From the human T2T-CHM13v2.0 reference genome, Homo sapiens: 64,000 nucleotides of DNA. Of this stretch, positions 1-64,000 are shown in pieces; within the stretch, counting starts at the first letter, position 1, and every line of letters starts with the position of its first letter. Location: NCBI RefSeq assembly GCF_009914755.1, contig NC_060934.1; one strand, given 5' to 3'. Under the pieces are notes generated by a model. The model had not been told where the DNA came from, did no database searches, and was given only the letters and a program-made list of their open reading frames with translations. The position numbers and the translations under genes are program-made.

Positions 1-802
1 AATTATTATCTTTTTTCAACAGTGCTCATTTTCTTCTAATATTTTATATAATTAACTTATTAATAATGCTTACAGTTTATTGCTTCTCTTCCCCTGGCAA
101 TCATAAATTCTACAAAGCAGTGGTGGTTTGTCCAATGAGGTATTTCAAATGCCTCAGACAATATCAGTTTCTAGTAGATGCTCAGTAGTATGCATTGAAT
201 AAAATAATGCATTATTCCTCACAATCTTCATAAGACAAGTAACTATCATCTTTTCCTAATGGACATGAAAATTGCATGACAGAAACATTCCATAACTAGA
301 TTTGTTGCCCAGCTTACCTGTAGTAGACCCAGGACTTCAAGACAGGCAGGCGCTTAACTTCTACACTTGATAAACCTATATGGCCTGCCTTTGTTCATGC
401 TTTGCCATGTTTGTCTGGTTCTCTGGTTCTTTCACTAGATTTTAGTTTCTTGAAGGCAAGTTAGCTCTATAGAACCTACCTCAGTGACCTACCAGGTACC
501 GGGGAAGTAAATATTCAATGTTTGCTAAATTAAATAGCAAGTTACAATTGGGAAAATCTGACAAAGTAGAAAGACTTTGAAGCTAGTTAGACGTAAGTCA
601 AAATCATACGTTTGATATTTGTTATATTCTGCTCAAAATATTACTTAACCTCCCTGAACCTCACCTTCCTCATCTACACCATGGGACTGATATTACCTCC
701 AATGAAGATTATGCACATAAGATAGGAGTCACGTATTATGTTTATTTTCATGTCAAGTAATTAGAATATATTTTGTTCCATTTGCCCTGGGTTCTAAGTC
801 AA

Positions 803-1335
<533 letters not shown>

Positions 1336-2189
1336 GTTCTAAAGCATGACACCTGGAGTCATTAGCTAAAAGAAATTCTCATCTAAAACTACTGGATTTA
1401 AACATTTTAATATTGTTTATCATGTATTTATCCCTGGATACTGATTTCTTGTGTTGTAATTATAAACACTAATAATAGAAACGGGACAATTACAATTATC
1501 TTTCAAAGAGTTTTACATATTCAAAATGTGCATCCGGCCCAGCCTTACATGTCAGGTGCTGAGCAGCACTTTAAAGATGTTCACCAGTATGAGCAGAATG
1601 GTTCATATTGAGGCCTTTTAAAATAGCCTCATGAGGGCAAGTTCTTGTTTCTGTGTGCTGCTACCTCACGTGACTTGTCTATGTCCTGAATTTAAATCTT
1701 GTTTCCAGTACTCCTGTAATCCTCTCTACGTGACGTGGTATTGTTCATCCCAATATCTTGTTACTGACCTTTGCTTGACTCTTTCTCTAGTCATTGAGTC
1801 CTAGATATCCCAAGGCCTTTTTCACAAATAGCTACCCCCTGTCCAGCATATTTTGTCACTTAGCAAGCTTGACAGCACTAGTCCTGGGCTGTGAATTCCT
1901 TCTAGATCCTTATTTGTTTTAGGGTTAATTGAACTCCTTTGCCTTGTGTATAAGGCTCTGTGGGACTTGGCCCTAGTCATATTCTCAAAACTCCAAAATA
2001 TAGTCAGGCCCCTTTCACATGCCTTGTTGTTTTACACTTCTGTGCCTGCTGTTCTCTCTGTGACACACTTTCCTTGTTTGGATATTTGGCAAACTTCTAC
2101 TAATCCTTCAAAATCGGGGATGGCTGCATCCTCCCTTGATTCTTCCCCATAAAGGTTCCACTTTCCAACCAATATCACCCCTGTACTCT

Positions 2190-2600
2190 GATCCCTAATT
2201 TCGGCAGCAATCAGCCCCAGGAAACCAAACCAAAAGCTCTGCAGCAACTGACCCAGAACAGACAGGATTTGTTCAATGACTATAGCTTCCCTTATTTTTG
2301 CTTCCACCTCAGGACCAACCAGAAAAAGCCAATATGCTCCCCAAACCAATTATAGAGGATGCCCTCCTTCTAGTTAGAAGAAGCAACTGCAGCTTCTTTA
2401 TGCCAACCACGTCCAATCAAAGCATACCTGAACCCTTCTCTTCTGTTCACTATGATGTTTTCCACTCCCCTGCCTACCTATGAGTTTCCAGCTATCACAG
2501 TGATGATGGCTGATTCCCTTGCTTTAGAAAGCTCTGATAAAATAAGTGACTAAACAAACTCTGCCTCTTCTCATGTAGGTGTCTTCTTTTATTACCACAA
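2190..2600 (+). mobile_element. ERV1 LTR fragment (MER39/MER34-like)
   Basis: AGGACCAACCAG...AAGCCAATATGC...ACCAAT...GATGCC..CTTCTAGTTAG motifs. Confidence 0.55.
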
Positions 2601-4299
2601 TTCCTAGCACCAAGCATTATTAATATGTTCAATCTGCCCACACTGATGGGAAGAACATCAGGATAAGCAGTCAGACTAAGTCTAGAAGCGTTCTGTGGTG
2701 AAGCCCTTCTCTAAAACTTTAATTACACTTAACCTAGGGACCAATCAGATCACAGGTCCGGTAGAATGTCTCATGAGCTAAATGGGAGCAGTGGACCAAT
2801 GGAAATGCATATGTAGAAAAGCAAAGAATAAGAGATATAGAGAAGAGAGCTGTAAACTTACTGGGGAAGTCCTAAACATCCCTGTACTTTCACTATTATC
2901 ACTGGCCTTCTGATCTACAAGGATGAATTAACTTATATAAAGGGCCTAGAGTGAGACAGATGTTTTAATGTTTTTTTAAATAAAGGAATAAACCCTCAAC
3001 CATGAAAAGAATATGCATATTTGCAATTACTCTCATCTTGCTTTTGTCCTTTATTCTGCAATACAAAGCAATTTCACTTTAAGTTCTCTGTTATATATTT
3101 TATAAGACAATACACCAAGGAAGCTTAATCTATTTTACACATGGAAGGGCAACAGAAAAGACTGAGCATGACATGAGAAATAGGTGTGCCTCCAGGAGCA
3201 TTAGATCCAGCCATCAGTGCACACCAGTACACCTCTGATACCTGAAATTAATCTCACAGCAGTGGGAAAGCTTAGTCATGCAGGCTGTGCTTCCTGCTGA
3301 AAGTAAAACCAACAAACTCAACACACATGCAGGCGGTTGCCTTTGAATCTTAAGGACCATTATTGTTATCTGCCATAACCATGCCACAAGAATATTGCCT
3401 CTCTCATTTATTGCATTGAAAAACCTTAATATATTTCCTCATTTCCAGTGTATAATTAAATATCTAATATATTTATTTTGGCAGTGTATCATATTAGGGA
3501 ATGTGCTATGGAGCTGGAAAACATGAGTTAAAATCCTCGTTCTAACCCTCAGATAAAGGACATGCTACTTAACCTATCAAACCTTTAGTTTCCTAATCTG
3601 TATAGTGGATATATTAACATCAGTATCTTGGGGAATACTGTGAAAATAATATTAGACAATGTGTGAAAAATATTTAGTATAGTATAAAATAGGATTATTT
3701 TATTACTATATACTTTATGCATAAGACTATACATATATGAGCATGTATACATTTACTAGGTATACCTGATATATGTTTTAACATTTAGATTGGGCTTCTT
3801 CAAATTAACAGCTATGCTGTAAGATGTTCGAGTATCTACATACCATATACAACATATCAGATGTAGTAAACTGAACTATGAATGTGTGTATGGCAATACA
3901 TTTTAAAACCATGATACCATTAAGCAATAAGGATGTTTGGCAGACAGTTGGGCTCACTAACTACCAAAGTAACCACTCTGCACACCAGCTTCACAGCACG
4001 GACAATTCACACTTATTTCTACTTCAAGGAAATAAAACCTATTACTGTTCTCTGTGCTTTTTGATGTCACTATCAAATACTCAAATATGCAATTATTGGG
4101 TCCATGGACAATAATGATTCATGATTTTATATTGCACGCATCCTTGCCTGCTTCTTCCTTTTCCTGAGGTTCTGACAGCCTGACTACAGTGTCTTCAATG
4201 CTTCCTCTCAGAACTAATTCAAACTTCACCTCTGCCACAAAGATTTTTCTTTACTCACTCTTTCCTCTGTGTTATCATGGCCCCTGCTTGTCCCTATGA

Positions 4300-5165
4300 A
4301 GGAGGATAAAACATCGACTCATGTTTTGTTCATTATTCTCTCACCTGCTAGACTGTGAGTTCTCTGAGGACAGGAGATGATGTTTTCTGTGGCTCTGTAG
4401 TACAGTGACAGCAAGTCACTTTATTCATTTATTCAGCAAGTTTGTTTGGTAGAATCTCATTAAGTATCTACAACACGATAGGTGCTATGCTATTAATGTT
4501 GGTTTCACCAGCAAATAAGACAAGGCCGCTGCATATTTCCAGTTGAGCCAGGAAGATAAGCATTGGATAGGTAACTGCAGGCATGATGAGGGGTAGGGAG
4601 AAAGCAGTCTGAAGCTGAAGGGAAGGCAGGGTTGATGTTGCTAGGTGATGTTGGGAAGAGGTGTTCCAATCAGGAGGAATAACATCTAGGCAGAATTAGT
4701 ATTGTTGGAGACAAGGGCTGAGCAAAGTGTGATAGGGCTGGAGTTTGGGAAGCCAGGGGGTCAGGGGTACAGAGTAGACCTGAAGAGGTAGAATGTACCC
4801 AGATTTCTCTGGGCCTTGTAGGTTATTTCGCACAGTTTTCAGTGCTAGAAGAAGGCATTGAATGGTTTTAAACAAAGGAGTGACATGATCAGATTTTTAG
4901 TTTAAAAAGACCTTTAGGTATTGTATAGATTGGATCTGGGGATAAAGGGTTTCTTGAGAGACAAGTCAGAAAACGAGTAAAAAGATCCAAATGACATATA
5001 ATAGTGGCTCATATCAGGATTGTGTCACAAAGGGTAGAGAGGAAGAGGCAGGTTCAAAATATATTTAATGAGTAAAATGAACAGATTGTTGTGTTCATTT
5101 GTTATGGGAGGTTGTAAGGGGTAGAGATGAGTCAGGAATGAAACTTGTCTTTGAATTTGAGCAAC
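4300..5165. mobile_element. Old L2-like fragments
   Basis: ATTCATTTATTCAGCAAG and GGAGTGACATGATCAGATT motifs. Confidence 0.55.
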
Positions 5166-5756
5166 TCTACCCTGACCCAAAATTAATCTTTAAGTCTAGG
5201 CCAGATCCTGGCATTCCTATGATTACAGCTCTCCAAAGACTCTCCTTGTTTTGAGGGAAAAGTCCAGTTCCTTTGCATAGAAGGTAGACCACAATCAGAA
5301 CCGAGCCTCGATGTAGAATTTTGGCCTTTTTATTTCACCACTGCCAAATTCTGTGAAGTTTCCCAAACGTGCTACATGGCTTATGCCTTCTGTATCTGCC
5401 CATAATTTTCTCTTTCCTAAACTTACACTTTTTCATATAAACTCCTGAAAATTCCAAAATTCCTTCAAAACTCTCATCGGGTAACATTGCTTAAAGCTTC
5501 AGTTGCTTATTCTTTCTATTGTTTTCTCTTTTTTATTTTATATAAGTTTATTTTACACCTATTACATTTCATTAGAATATTGTGGTTGTTGCTGTTTTTG
5601 TTTATGTATTTTTAGCACAGATACTTTAACCTTTTGACTTCAGCAGATTCAAAAGTTTGTTTTATTCTTTCCAGGTCTAGATGAAATTAAATGTTAGGGT
5701 ACAGAAAACTGAAACTAGAAAATTTTACACTTTTCCTTTTAGAGAGCCAAAGTTGC

Positions 5757-5774
5757 AAACACATACATACATAG

Positions 5775-5811
<37 letters not shown>

Positions 5812-5827
5812 GAGAGAGAGAGAGAGA
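5757..5827. repeat. (CA)n(GA)n compound microsatellite
   Basis: Direct reading. Confidence 0.95.
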
Positions 5828-8058
5828 TTTTCTTTCAAAATTCAAAGGTATATTTCTAGCCTGAAGTAATCAACCTAGAAACAGAAAAAAAAATAGAAAG
5901 AAAAAAATAAGAATATATTAAGTTCAAGTCACTATGCTAGATCTCATTACTCAAATTATCTCATTTTATCTTTAGAATGATCCTGTGAGGCTAGTTACAC
6001 TAGCTCTGTGCAATACTCAATCTCTACCTTTTGGAAACCCTAGGGATAAATTTAGGAACCTTTGCAGTGGTGCTCACAGGAAGCTGAAAGACATTGTTCA
6101 TTGTTTTCCCCGGTGCAGACCCCAAATGACTTCTTCCTTGTTTGATATCCTATATTATAGAGAATGACATCATTAAGCTGGCACTCCATTTATGCTGGGT
6201 AAAGGGGGAACCATGTCAGAGATAAATTAGATTGCTGTGTTGTCACAATAAAGATTTCATCTTTCATTGTAAAGACTCCAAATTATTTCCAAAGCATTGG
6301 GGAAATGCACACAATGACGATAAACAAAAGGACAGCAAGAAAAATTCTTGGGATTCTCGGAGCCAGTTCTCAATGACCCTCTGCTTGCACAATGACGAAT
6401 GTTCAAGCCTTCCTAGGGTATTATTTATCCATAACGTTTTGCATTTTTGTTGACGTTTTGGACTTGGGAATTATGACTTGTCACTTCTGGAGAAAGACCC
6501 ACCTTTCAGGCACCCATTTTCTTCATCTACATTATTAAAGATAACAATACCAATTGGAAAGTATGATTGAGAAGCTTTAATGAGTTTAGGAATATAAAAC
6601 TCTAGCATAATACATGACACAATCAATTATTTTTATTTATTTAACATTGGATTATTTCGAGTCTGAATTTTAAAAAGACTCTTGATATGCATACACATAA
6701 CTAAGTAAAAAAGGGTATGCTAATTTTCACTACACTTTGGATGGAATTGGCTGCTAAACTGCAGCATTAACCTTTCACAGGACATGCTAGATTTATGGAG
6801 AAAGACCATCAGCAACAGGGCCCATGTCAGCAATAAATGACTTCTTTGCCGTGAACGAGCTAACTCAGTTTAGCTCAAATCCTAATAAAAAGTGTTTTTC
6901 CTTTTTTTTCCCCCAAGCGAACTTTTATGGAAAATTAGTAGCTGGAGAATATGACCAACAAAATCAGTATCATTATGAATGCTTTATAGTGAAATGTTCT
7001 TTACTTGCAGAAAATAAAAATGCCAAGGAAAATTATATGACATTTATAACCCTTTCACTTCAAAATGCATGAGAATTCCATATGGAAACATTAAAGGAAC
7101 ATGCTAATTCACCCTCTAAAGAACAAAGGAAAACCTGAATAAAAGGACAATGGCCTTCAGGCTTAGTGATAAGAAAAGTTAACAGTGACCTGAATGTCAA
7201 TTTTTTGGCCTATTTGTTCTTTGAGGTTTTTATTTTTTTCTTTGTAGTTGGTTAGAAACTGAATTATAGCTATGCCGATAACTCCCAAATTTATAATTCC
7301 AATCAAACAACAACTTCCCTTGAGTTTTAGACTCATTTCTGTCTTTTTCAAAAACTCCACTTGGGCATCACACAGCATTGTCAAAAATTTAACCCAGCAC
7401 TTTTTCCCCAAAGCCTCGTTATCTTACTTCATTTAAAGTTATCACCAAGCCATATTCTGTTAGTGACGCTTGAGTTTCTTCACTCAACCATCCACATTCA
7501 ATCACTACTCACACCCACTTGATCCTTCTTCCTGAATATTCTCGAGTGGACCCACTTTCCTGCAACACCATGACTGCTAGTCTTCCAACACACCGCCTCT
7601 CACCTTGTCTACTGAAATAGTGTCTCACCTGCTCTCCTTGACTTCCCCTCAATTCACTCCATTCCATTTGTCACACTTGAGCCAATGCTCTTTCTAGAGT
7701 GTAAATGCAAATCTGTCCATAACTTCTCACTGTTTAAGTCCCTTCCAAATGTTCAAAGGAGAAATTGCAAACTCTTCTACATGGATACATAATCTTGCCC
7801 CTGCCAGTCTTTCAACCTCAGTTACTCTTTCCATCAACCTTTTTAGTTTTACCGTCATTGCCATTTCCTTTAACTGCCATATTAGCTCTTATATTTCAGC
7901 CTTTCCATTCACTACACCCTGCCAACAGAGTACTTTTTTAATATTAACATATTTGTGTCTTTATATTTAACATGCACTTCTTGTAGATAGCATACATTTG
8001 TGTCTCACTTATTTATCCAATCTGATAAGCTCTGACTTTGAGTGTTTATACAATTTAC

Positions 8059-8345
8059 TTTTTTTTTTTTTTTTTTTGTGAGTGAGTCTTGCTCTGTTGC
8101 CCATGCTGGAGGGCAGGGACGCAATCTCAGCTAACTGTAAGCTCTGCTTCCTGGATTCCAGCAATTCTCCTGCCTCAGCCTCCTGAGTAGCTTGGAATTA
8201 CAGGCGCCCGGCTAATTTTTGTATTTTTAGTAGAGACAGGGTTTCACCATCTTGGCCAGGCTGGTCTCGAACTCCTGACCTCGTGGTCCACCCCCTTAGT
8301 CCCCCAGAGTGCTGGGATTACAGGCATAAGCCACCGTGCCCAGCC
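8059..8345 (-). mobile_element. Alu
   Basis: PolyT followed by antisense Alu. Confidence 0.93.
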
Positions 8346-9417
8346 ACAGTTTACATTTAATCAGATTATTCGTATTGTTGGTTTTAAATCTAACATCTCA
8401 CTATATTTTTTCTATTTTATCATTTGCTTTTCTGGTCCATATTTTTTTCTGCTTTATGTTGATTTTTATGATCCTATTTTTTCTTTATTGGGTTTTAGGC
8501 GTAACTCCTGTTATTTTGGTAGTTACTTCATAGTTCATAATATGCAGCTTTAACTTATCACAGTCAACCTTCAAATGATATTACATCACTCAGACTCTTG
8601 ATTTGTGAGTACGGAGGGACAGGGCAGGGACATAGATGATGAATCGGAAGCACCTGTCTCATTTAAAAGGCTCACTAATCTTAGTAAAATAAACCCATAC
8701 AGAAAATTCTTTTATTTTAAGGTGAGTAAACATGCAAACACATGGCCCTTCAAGGTCATTCTGTCAGTCAGCCTTAATCCAACCCATGAGATACCAGTTT
8801 GCCAGTTTATGATCATTGCCATAGAATAGTTTTTTCTTTTAAATTCTAAGTTTAAACTGAAGATTTGATGGATGTGGAACTAGTTTTCTTTTTGAGCAAG
8901 AAAATAACTCAATTAAATGTACTATGTCTCAAAATATGCAGTATACACCATTATGAAAACGAGACAAGAGTAAATAAATTATGACATCTAGAAAATTAGG
9001 TGAGACACTGTTCAATAATGAGGCAAAATAGGATGTGAATGTCACCTATGCTATCAAATATAGAGAAATGTGGGGTTTCATCCAATAAATGTGAGGTTGA
9101 ATGTATAAACCGTTATTTCAAATATGTCTTGATTTGTATCTAAATTTATATCCTATAAAATCATGCAGAAAATGAGTCATTATCTCATTTTAAATAGGAA
9201 AAATCTGAATCAATACTAATACTAAAAACTAATAATTTACTCAGTGCCAGGCAATGTTTCTAGTGTTTTAAGTTTTCAGAAAATGATTATGAGATAATTA
9301 TGAAGAAAACAATTCTTCACTTTTCAAGGAAGAAAACCAAGGCAATGAGAAACTAAGTAACTGGCCCACCCAAGGTCATATAGTTAAGAAATGACAAAGT
9401 TGTAGACCTTAATATGT

Positions 9418-9743
9418 TTTTTTTTGTTGTGGTTGTTGTTTTGTTTTGTTTTGTTTTGTTTTGAGACGGAGTCTCGCTCTATCACCCAGGCTGGAGTGCA
9501 GTGGCATGATCTCGGTTCACTGCAAGCTCTGCGTCACCGGTTCACGCCATTCTCCTGCCTCAATCTCTTGAGTAGCTGGAACTACTGGCACCTGCCACCA
9601 CGCCAGGCTAAATTGTTGTGTGTTTAGTAGAGTTGGGGTTTCACCATGTTAGCCAGGATGGGCTCGATCTCCTGACCTCCTGATCCGCCTGTCTCGGCCT
9701 CCCAAAGTGCTGGGATTACAGGCATGAGCCACTGTGCCTGGCC
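9418..9743 (-). mobile_element. AluY-like
   Basis: CACTGCAAGCTC...TTCACGCCATT diagnostic positions. Confidence 0.9.
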
Positions 9744-10770
9744 GAGTTCAGCATGTTTTTAATAAAATTTGTTATTTTTCATGTCTAATATTTGCTCTGT
9801 CTCTCATATATAATAAAAATATAAATATAAATATAATCATAAAGAGAATTATAATAGCCAACTTTCTCTATATTTCGGAGATATTGGCTTGGCATTGCTT
9901 TCAGCCAGGTATTTCAACATTAGCCTCTAGAGTGGAGTTGGGTAAAGGTTGATTTCAATGTTTCAAAAATATATGAGGACTGAGAACCTATGTTAGTGAA
10001 TTTCCTATTCTCGACTTCTAGTCAAACACTATCAAAATTGACAACTAAAGAAATAATGAAATGCAAGAAAATGTTTATAACACTTAAGGGGATAAATTAG
10101 TTTCTTTATGTCTGATTTTATATTAAGTAAGGAGCTTGCAGGAAAAGTAAATGACAGTTGATGATTTTGATTATAATCAGTCCAATTTTTTCCATATTTG
10201 AGCAAAAATTGTAATTCACCTATCCAATGCTTTCAGTGTAGATTAGCTGAGTCATGTAACTTACGTCATCTCTTATAAATATTGATTGAGATGAAAAATG
10301 AAGAAATGATTTATCTTAAAACAGTTCTATGTGGATAATATAAAAAATACTGACAGGTTCATCTAAAATATTTTTGGATAAGCTACATTATACATGATTC
10401 ATAGCTTATGTGTAACATATGATATTTGATTTGGTTTATACACAAAAGAACAAATGTTTCTGTATAAGAAAGTTATTTTGCTTATTATGGAATTTAAAAC
10501 TAAAATGATTCTTCCACGATGGCCATTTAACAATTTAAATTTAGGAAACATCTGGCATGTACGATGAGTATTTACTTTGTATAATTGTGTTCCACATCTT
10601 AGTGCATTCCCTTTAGCAGTTTCTTTCAGCAAGCAACGCATGTGAACTTGTTTCTCACTAAATGTTTATTTTAGCAAAGTTTTAGACCTACAGATTTAAA
10701 GAAGAATCGCAAAGATGTTACAAAGGTGAACTCTTGAACCGAGTCTTTTATTTTTAAGCATGCAAAACGG

Positions 10771-11066
<296 letters not shown>

Positions 11067-11847
11067 AAAAGTGTGGTTTTTTAAACCCTGAAGACATAAA
11101 TGTACCACTGAGAACCCAAAGAAAATTGGACTAACTGTTTTGTTTTGTGATTTGATGTCTGAAAAATAAAATCTTTTAGTTTCCTTTCATTTTTCCTCAG
11201 AGACTATAAACTGTGTTGTGATGTCAAACTCAGAATGAGTTTAGATGCCTATGGGCAAATTGTTTGCTCTAATTAGAACAAAATGAGACAAATCTCTTAC
11301 ACATAAATCTTTGATGGTGGGAAATGTAGCTTCATGTTTTTAAAGTCTTCCCAGAAGTCAAAATGCCTCTCAATCTTGTAACTACTTTTTATAGCTACCT
11401 AAAATAATTATTAAGGCATATTTGATATTCTGAAATCAATTTATGTTTGTGTTTTGTTTAATAATTGGGATCCTTGGGAACCATTTGCTGCAAATATCCT
11501 ATACTGAAAAAACTTTGTCTAAAGATATCATTCAGAAAAATATTTATACTTAAAAATATAAACTCCATTAACAATAATTGTTCAGCAAAACTCTATTAAT
11601 TCAACACGTTGTATGCTTAATTTTCGTAGCCAATTTTTCCTTTTCTTCTCTCTAATGATGTGATGTTCTTCAATGTCTTCTGAAAACTTGAACATAGGAA
11701 GTTGGAAGTGTATAAAGTAAAACAAATTGTAAGGAGAGAATTTAGAATGCTAATTTTTGAAGGGGAAATATAAATTTACAGCTCTTAGTTTGCATTTTAA
11801 ATTTATGTTATTACCTGTATTTAAGTATTTAAGTTGATTTTCACCAG

Positions 11848-12256
11848 TGCGTTAGTGTGTTTGTGTTGTTGTAAAAGAAATACCTAAGACTGGGTCATTT
11901 ATAGAGAAAATAGATTTATTTGGCCCTTGGTTCTGCAGATGGTACACAATGCATAGTGCTAGCATCTGTTTGTGGTGAAGGCCTCAGTAAGATTACAATC
12001 ATGGCAGAATTTGAAGGGGAGCCAGCATGTCATTGGGCAAGAGAGGGAGCAAGAGAGACAGGGAAGGTGCCACACTCTTTTAAAGAACTAGATCTCCTGT
12101 AGACTCTTTACCACTCATTACCCAGGGGAGGGAACCAAGCCATTCATGAGGGGTTTGCTCCCGTGACCTAATACCTCCTACAAGGCCCCACATCCAACAA
12201 TACAGGTCACATTTTAATATGAGATTTGGAGGGGATAAAACATCCAAACCATATCA
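11848..12256 (+). mobile_element. MaLR LTR (MST-like)
   Basis: TG...AAATACCTAAGACTGGG...CATCCAAACCATATCA. Confidence 0.85.
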
Positions 12257-12507
12257 ACTGTTCACTGCTAACTACTAAATCAAAGAATTAATTTTTTACA
12301 GACAATGTACATTTTTTCTTCATTCAAAAGAAAAATACTTGATTAGACCTTATGAGGAGAAAATGTTGATCTCTTACAGTTTTTAATTAAATAAAATAAT
12401 TTGAGGCTATTTTTATAAATTAAGGCCATCAAGAAGGACTCCAGACTCTAAAAAGATTCCAGACATTTTCTATAAATATATTTTAAATATGTTTATATAT
12501 ATTTATT

Positions 12508-12544
<37 letters not shown>

Positions 12545-13791
12545 ATAGTTGTTTTCATAGTAGATTTACACCACTGCCATCTGGGAGTAATTCCCTTATT
12601 CAATACAGAAGGATTTCTCATCCTTCTCCTAAATATTTTCTTCTAGCTCAGAGTGCCTGTGGCCAAAAACAAGAGATTTTAAAACAACAACAAAAACAAA
12701 AATTTCTTCATCCCCATAGGGGTTAGCTTTCTTTTCTAGTCTTTTTACTTGAGTTAAAACATTTCCTTTGAATTTAGACTGACAAAGATATTGAAGGACA
12801 TCTAATGTCGTTTAGAACACTGCTCCTGTGCCTGTGTTCACTAGTTCCTCAAGTGGAGGTGATTGGAGATATTAGAAGAAAGGAATAAACTAGGGTAGCT
12901 CATATCACCCATTCCGTGTTTTTTCTCTTTAGGATGTGCCAGCCTGCAGTGAAAATGAATTCTGTTCTGCCTCTGCTATGCTGTAAATTTAGCAATAAAG
13001 TTTCTGCTCCATATGTGACCGACTAGGTAAGGGTACCATGTAATGGAGTGTAGTGTAGGAAAATCCCTGTTGCTAAGCACCACGCCAACAACACCGTGAG
13101 CTACAAAGCTCACATGTTTATTTGATTATGCTTTACTTCTGTATCTATCTTGAATTGTTCAGTATTCAGAGAAAACAGGAAAGTAAGTTGTTAACATTCT
13201 TCATTGCAACAAATTTTTTAGAACTAATTCTATATTGAGGAATGTCTTAAATTTTAACCAAAACCTTTTGATAAATTACAGAGTTGCTGAATATATCTAG
13301 ATTTGAATCTTAAACTATATCTGTATCTATCATATAGATTTATATGATTTATCAAGAGCTATTATCGGGAATATATACTTGATTCCTTTTACAATTTTCA
13401 TAATGTAACCAGAAAGTGACCCTTGAGATCCTTGAGAGTGATTATATAAACATACCCTTGATTTGGTGTCTCCAGCCTAATTATCACAGTTAAAATTTTG
13501 GTATCAAAAATGGAACAAAGATAATAAGACTTGTAAAGCAGCAGAACTTACAAAATGTTAAAAACAATTTTATTTACATAGTGCATCCACACAGACCTAA
13601 TTATATGTATTCAACCTAACATTTAACATTATTAGCAAGTCAGAGACTTTAGAAAAATCAGACATAATTTTAGATAAAATAAATATTAATACTAGTTATT
13701 AATATTAATCCCTATTTGATTAAATGACTCTATATGAAAATAACTGCCCTTGAATTATTTTCAGCTCACAAATTTTTAATGACAGGAGATG

Positions 13792-19267
<5,476 letters not shown>

Positions 19268-19666
19268 TCCACCGTGGACTCAGGTGCAGCTCCCACCTGA
19301 ACATGGCACGCGGCAGCAGGGGCTGCAACCTCGACCCTGTCAGCGTCACCAGCAGCGCGGATCCTTGGGCCAGAAGCCTCCAGGGCGCCTAAGTCAGGGG
19401 GTGGGTCCCTGGCTGCAGGAGGGCGGGAACCGACACTCAGTGCCACCCAAGAGGCTGCACCGTGCCCAGCATCAGGGTCCGGCTCCTGGATCGCAGGTCG
19501 AGGAGGGGCCAGGGGCGGCTATGTCAAGCGGGCCATGTGGCATGGCGCCCCCCACTTTCCGCTCCAGGGAGGCCCGCCAGCCTCGCAGTGCCTCAGCGGC
19601 AGTTGCCACCTGCACGCGGTGCCCGGAGAACGCGGCCAGGGCGCGTGTCTCCTCAGCCTGCTGAGC

Positions 19667-19677
19667 TGCGCATGCGC
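19667..19677. promoter_or_regulatory. NRF1-type palindrome TGCGCATGCGC
   Basis: Close match to the NRF1 consensus ~200 bp upstream of the ATG. Confidence 0.65.
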
Positions 19678-19878
19678 TGCTGGCTAACGGCTCTGCTCAG
19701 CGCGATTCTACTGAGAGAGGCCTGAGTGTGCAAGAGCTTGGCGAACACAGAACTTTTTACGGGTATCGAGGCGGTGCGTGGACTGAAGAAGGGCGAGGGC
19801 GATTGGGGAGGGGTGGGGGGTGGTGGCTGGGAAGGGCGATCGGGAGGCGCGGGCACTCTCTAGCAGGTGGCCGCAGCC

Positions 19879-63816
<43,938 letters not shown>

Positions 63817-64000
63817 GTAAATTTTGTAATTTTAATTTTACTCTGGAAAGAAGAATATTAAAATATTTGAAATGCTGTGAGACTTTTCATTCCCAATGTT
63901 GTTTTCTATTCATAATTTGATGGGAAATTTCGATACAAATAATGCCAATGTGAGTATTTCTGTTTGAGAAAATGCCATTTACAAGCATAAGATTTAGAGA

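Noticed and set aside
8605-8727. ORF ending at a perfect donor AAG|GTGAGT
   Set aside because: No convincing acceptor or homology; resembles a degraded DNA-transposon fragment

Overview
Primate (very likely human) genomic DNA holding the promoter and first 21 coding exons of ANKRD30A (NY-BR-1, breast/testis antigen) on the + strand. The ATG is at 19879 and the gene continues past the window end. I assembled the exons by hand. All are GT-AG and the frame is continuous: ankyrin exons 1-5, a 573-nt exon 7 built from 33-nt repeats, then phase-1 micro-exon modules (29+73 and 62+88/91 nt) carried on nested intragenic duplications, including a ~13-kb tandem copy. The first ~19 kb is intergenic, with old repeats and a dense Alu cluster. 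Introns contain a U6 pseudogene, a 5'-intact but 3'-truncated L1PA, two LTR22 solo LTRs, Tigger2a and many Alus. The gene itself is known. The most interesting untested ideas are: (1) exon 7 lies between inverted Alus and would form a stop-free circular ORF if back-spliced; (2) the L1 looks like a non-canonical insertion whose empty site survives in a local duplicate; (3) the promoter is a mosaic with a duplicated GC segment inserted into an Alu; (4) the array is a frame-neutral modular exon system with an exon-less ghost module. Repeat boundaries, subfamily names and identity values are by-eye estimates.
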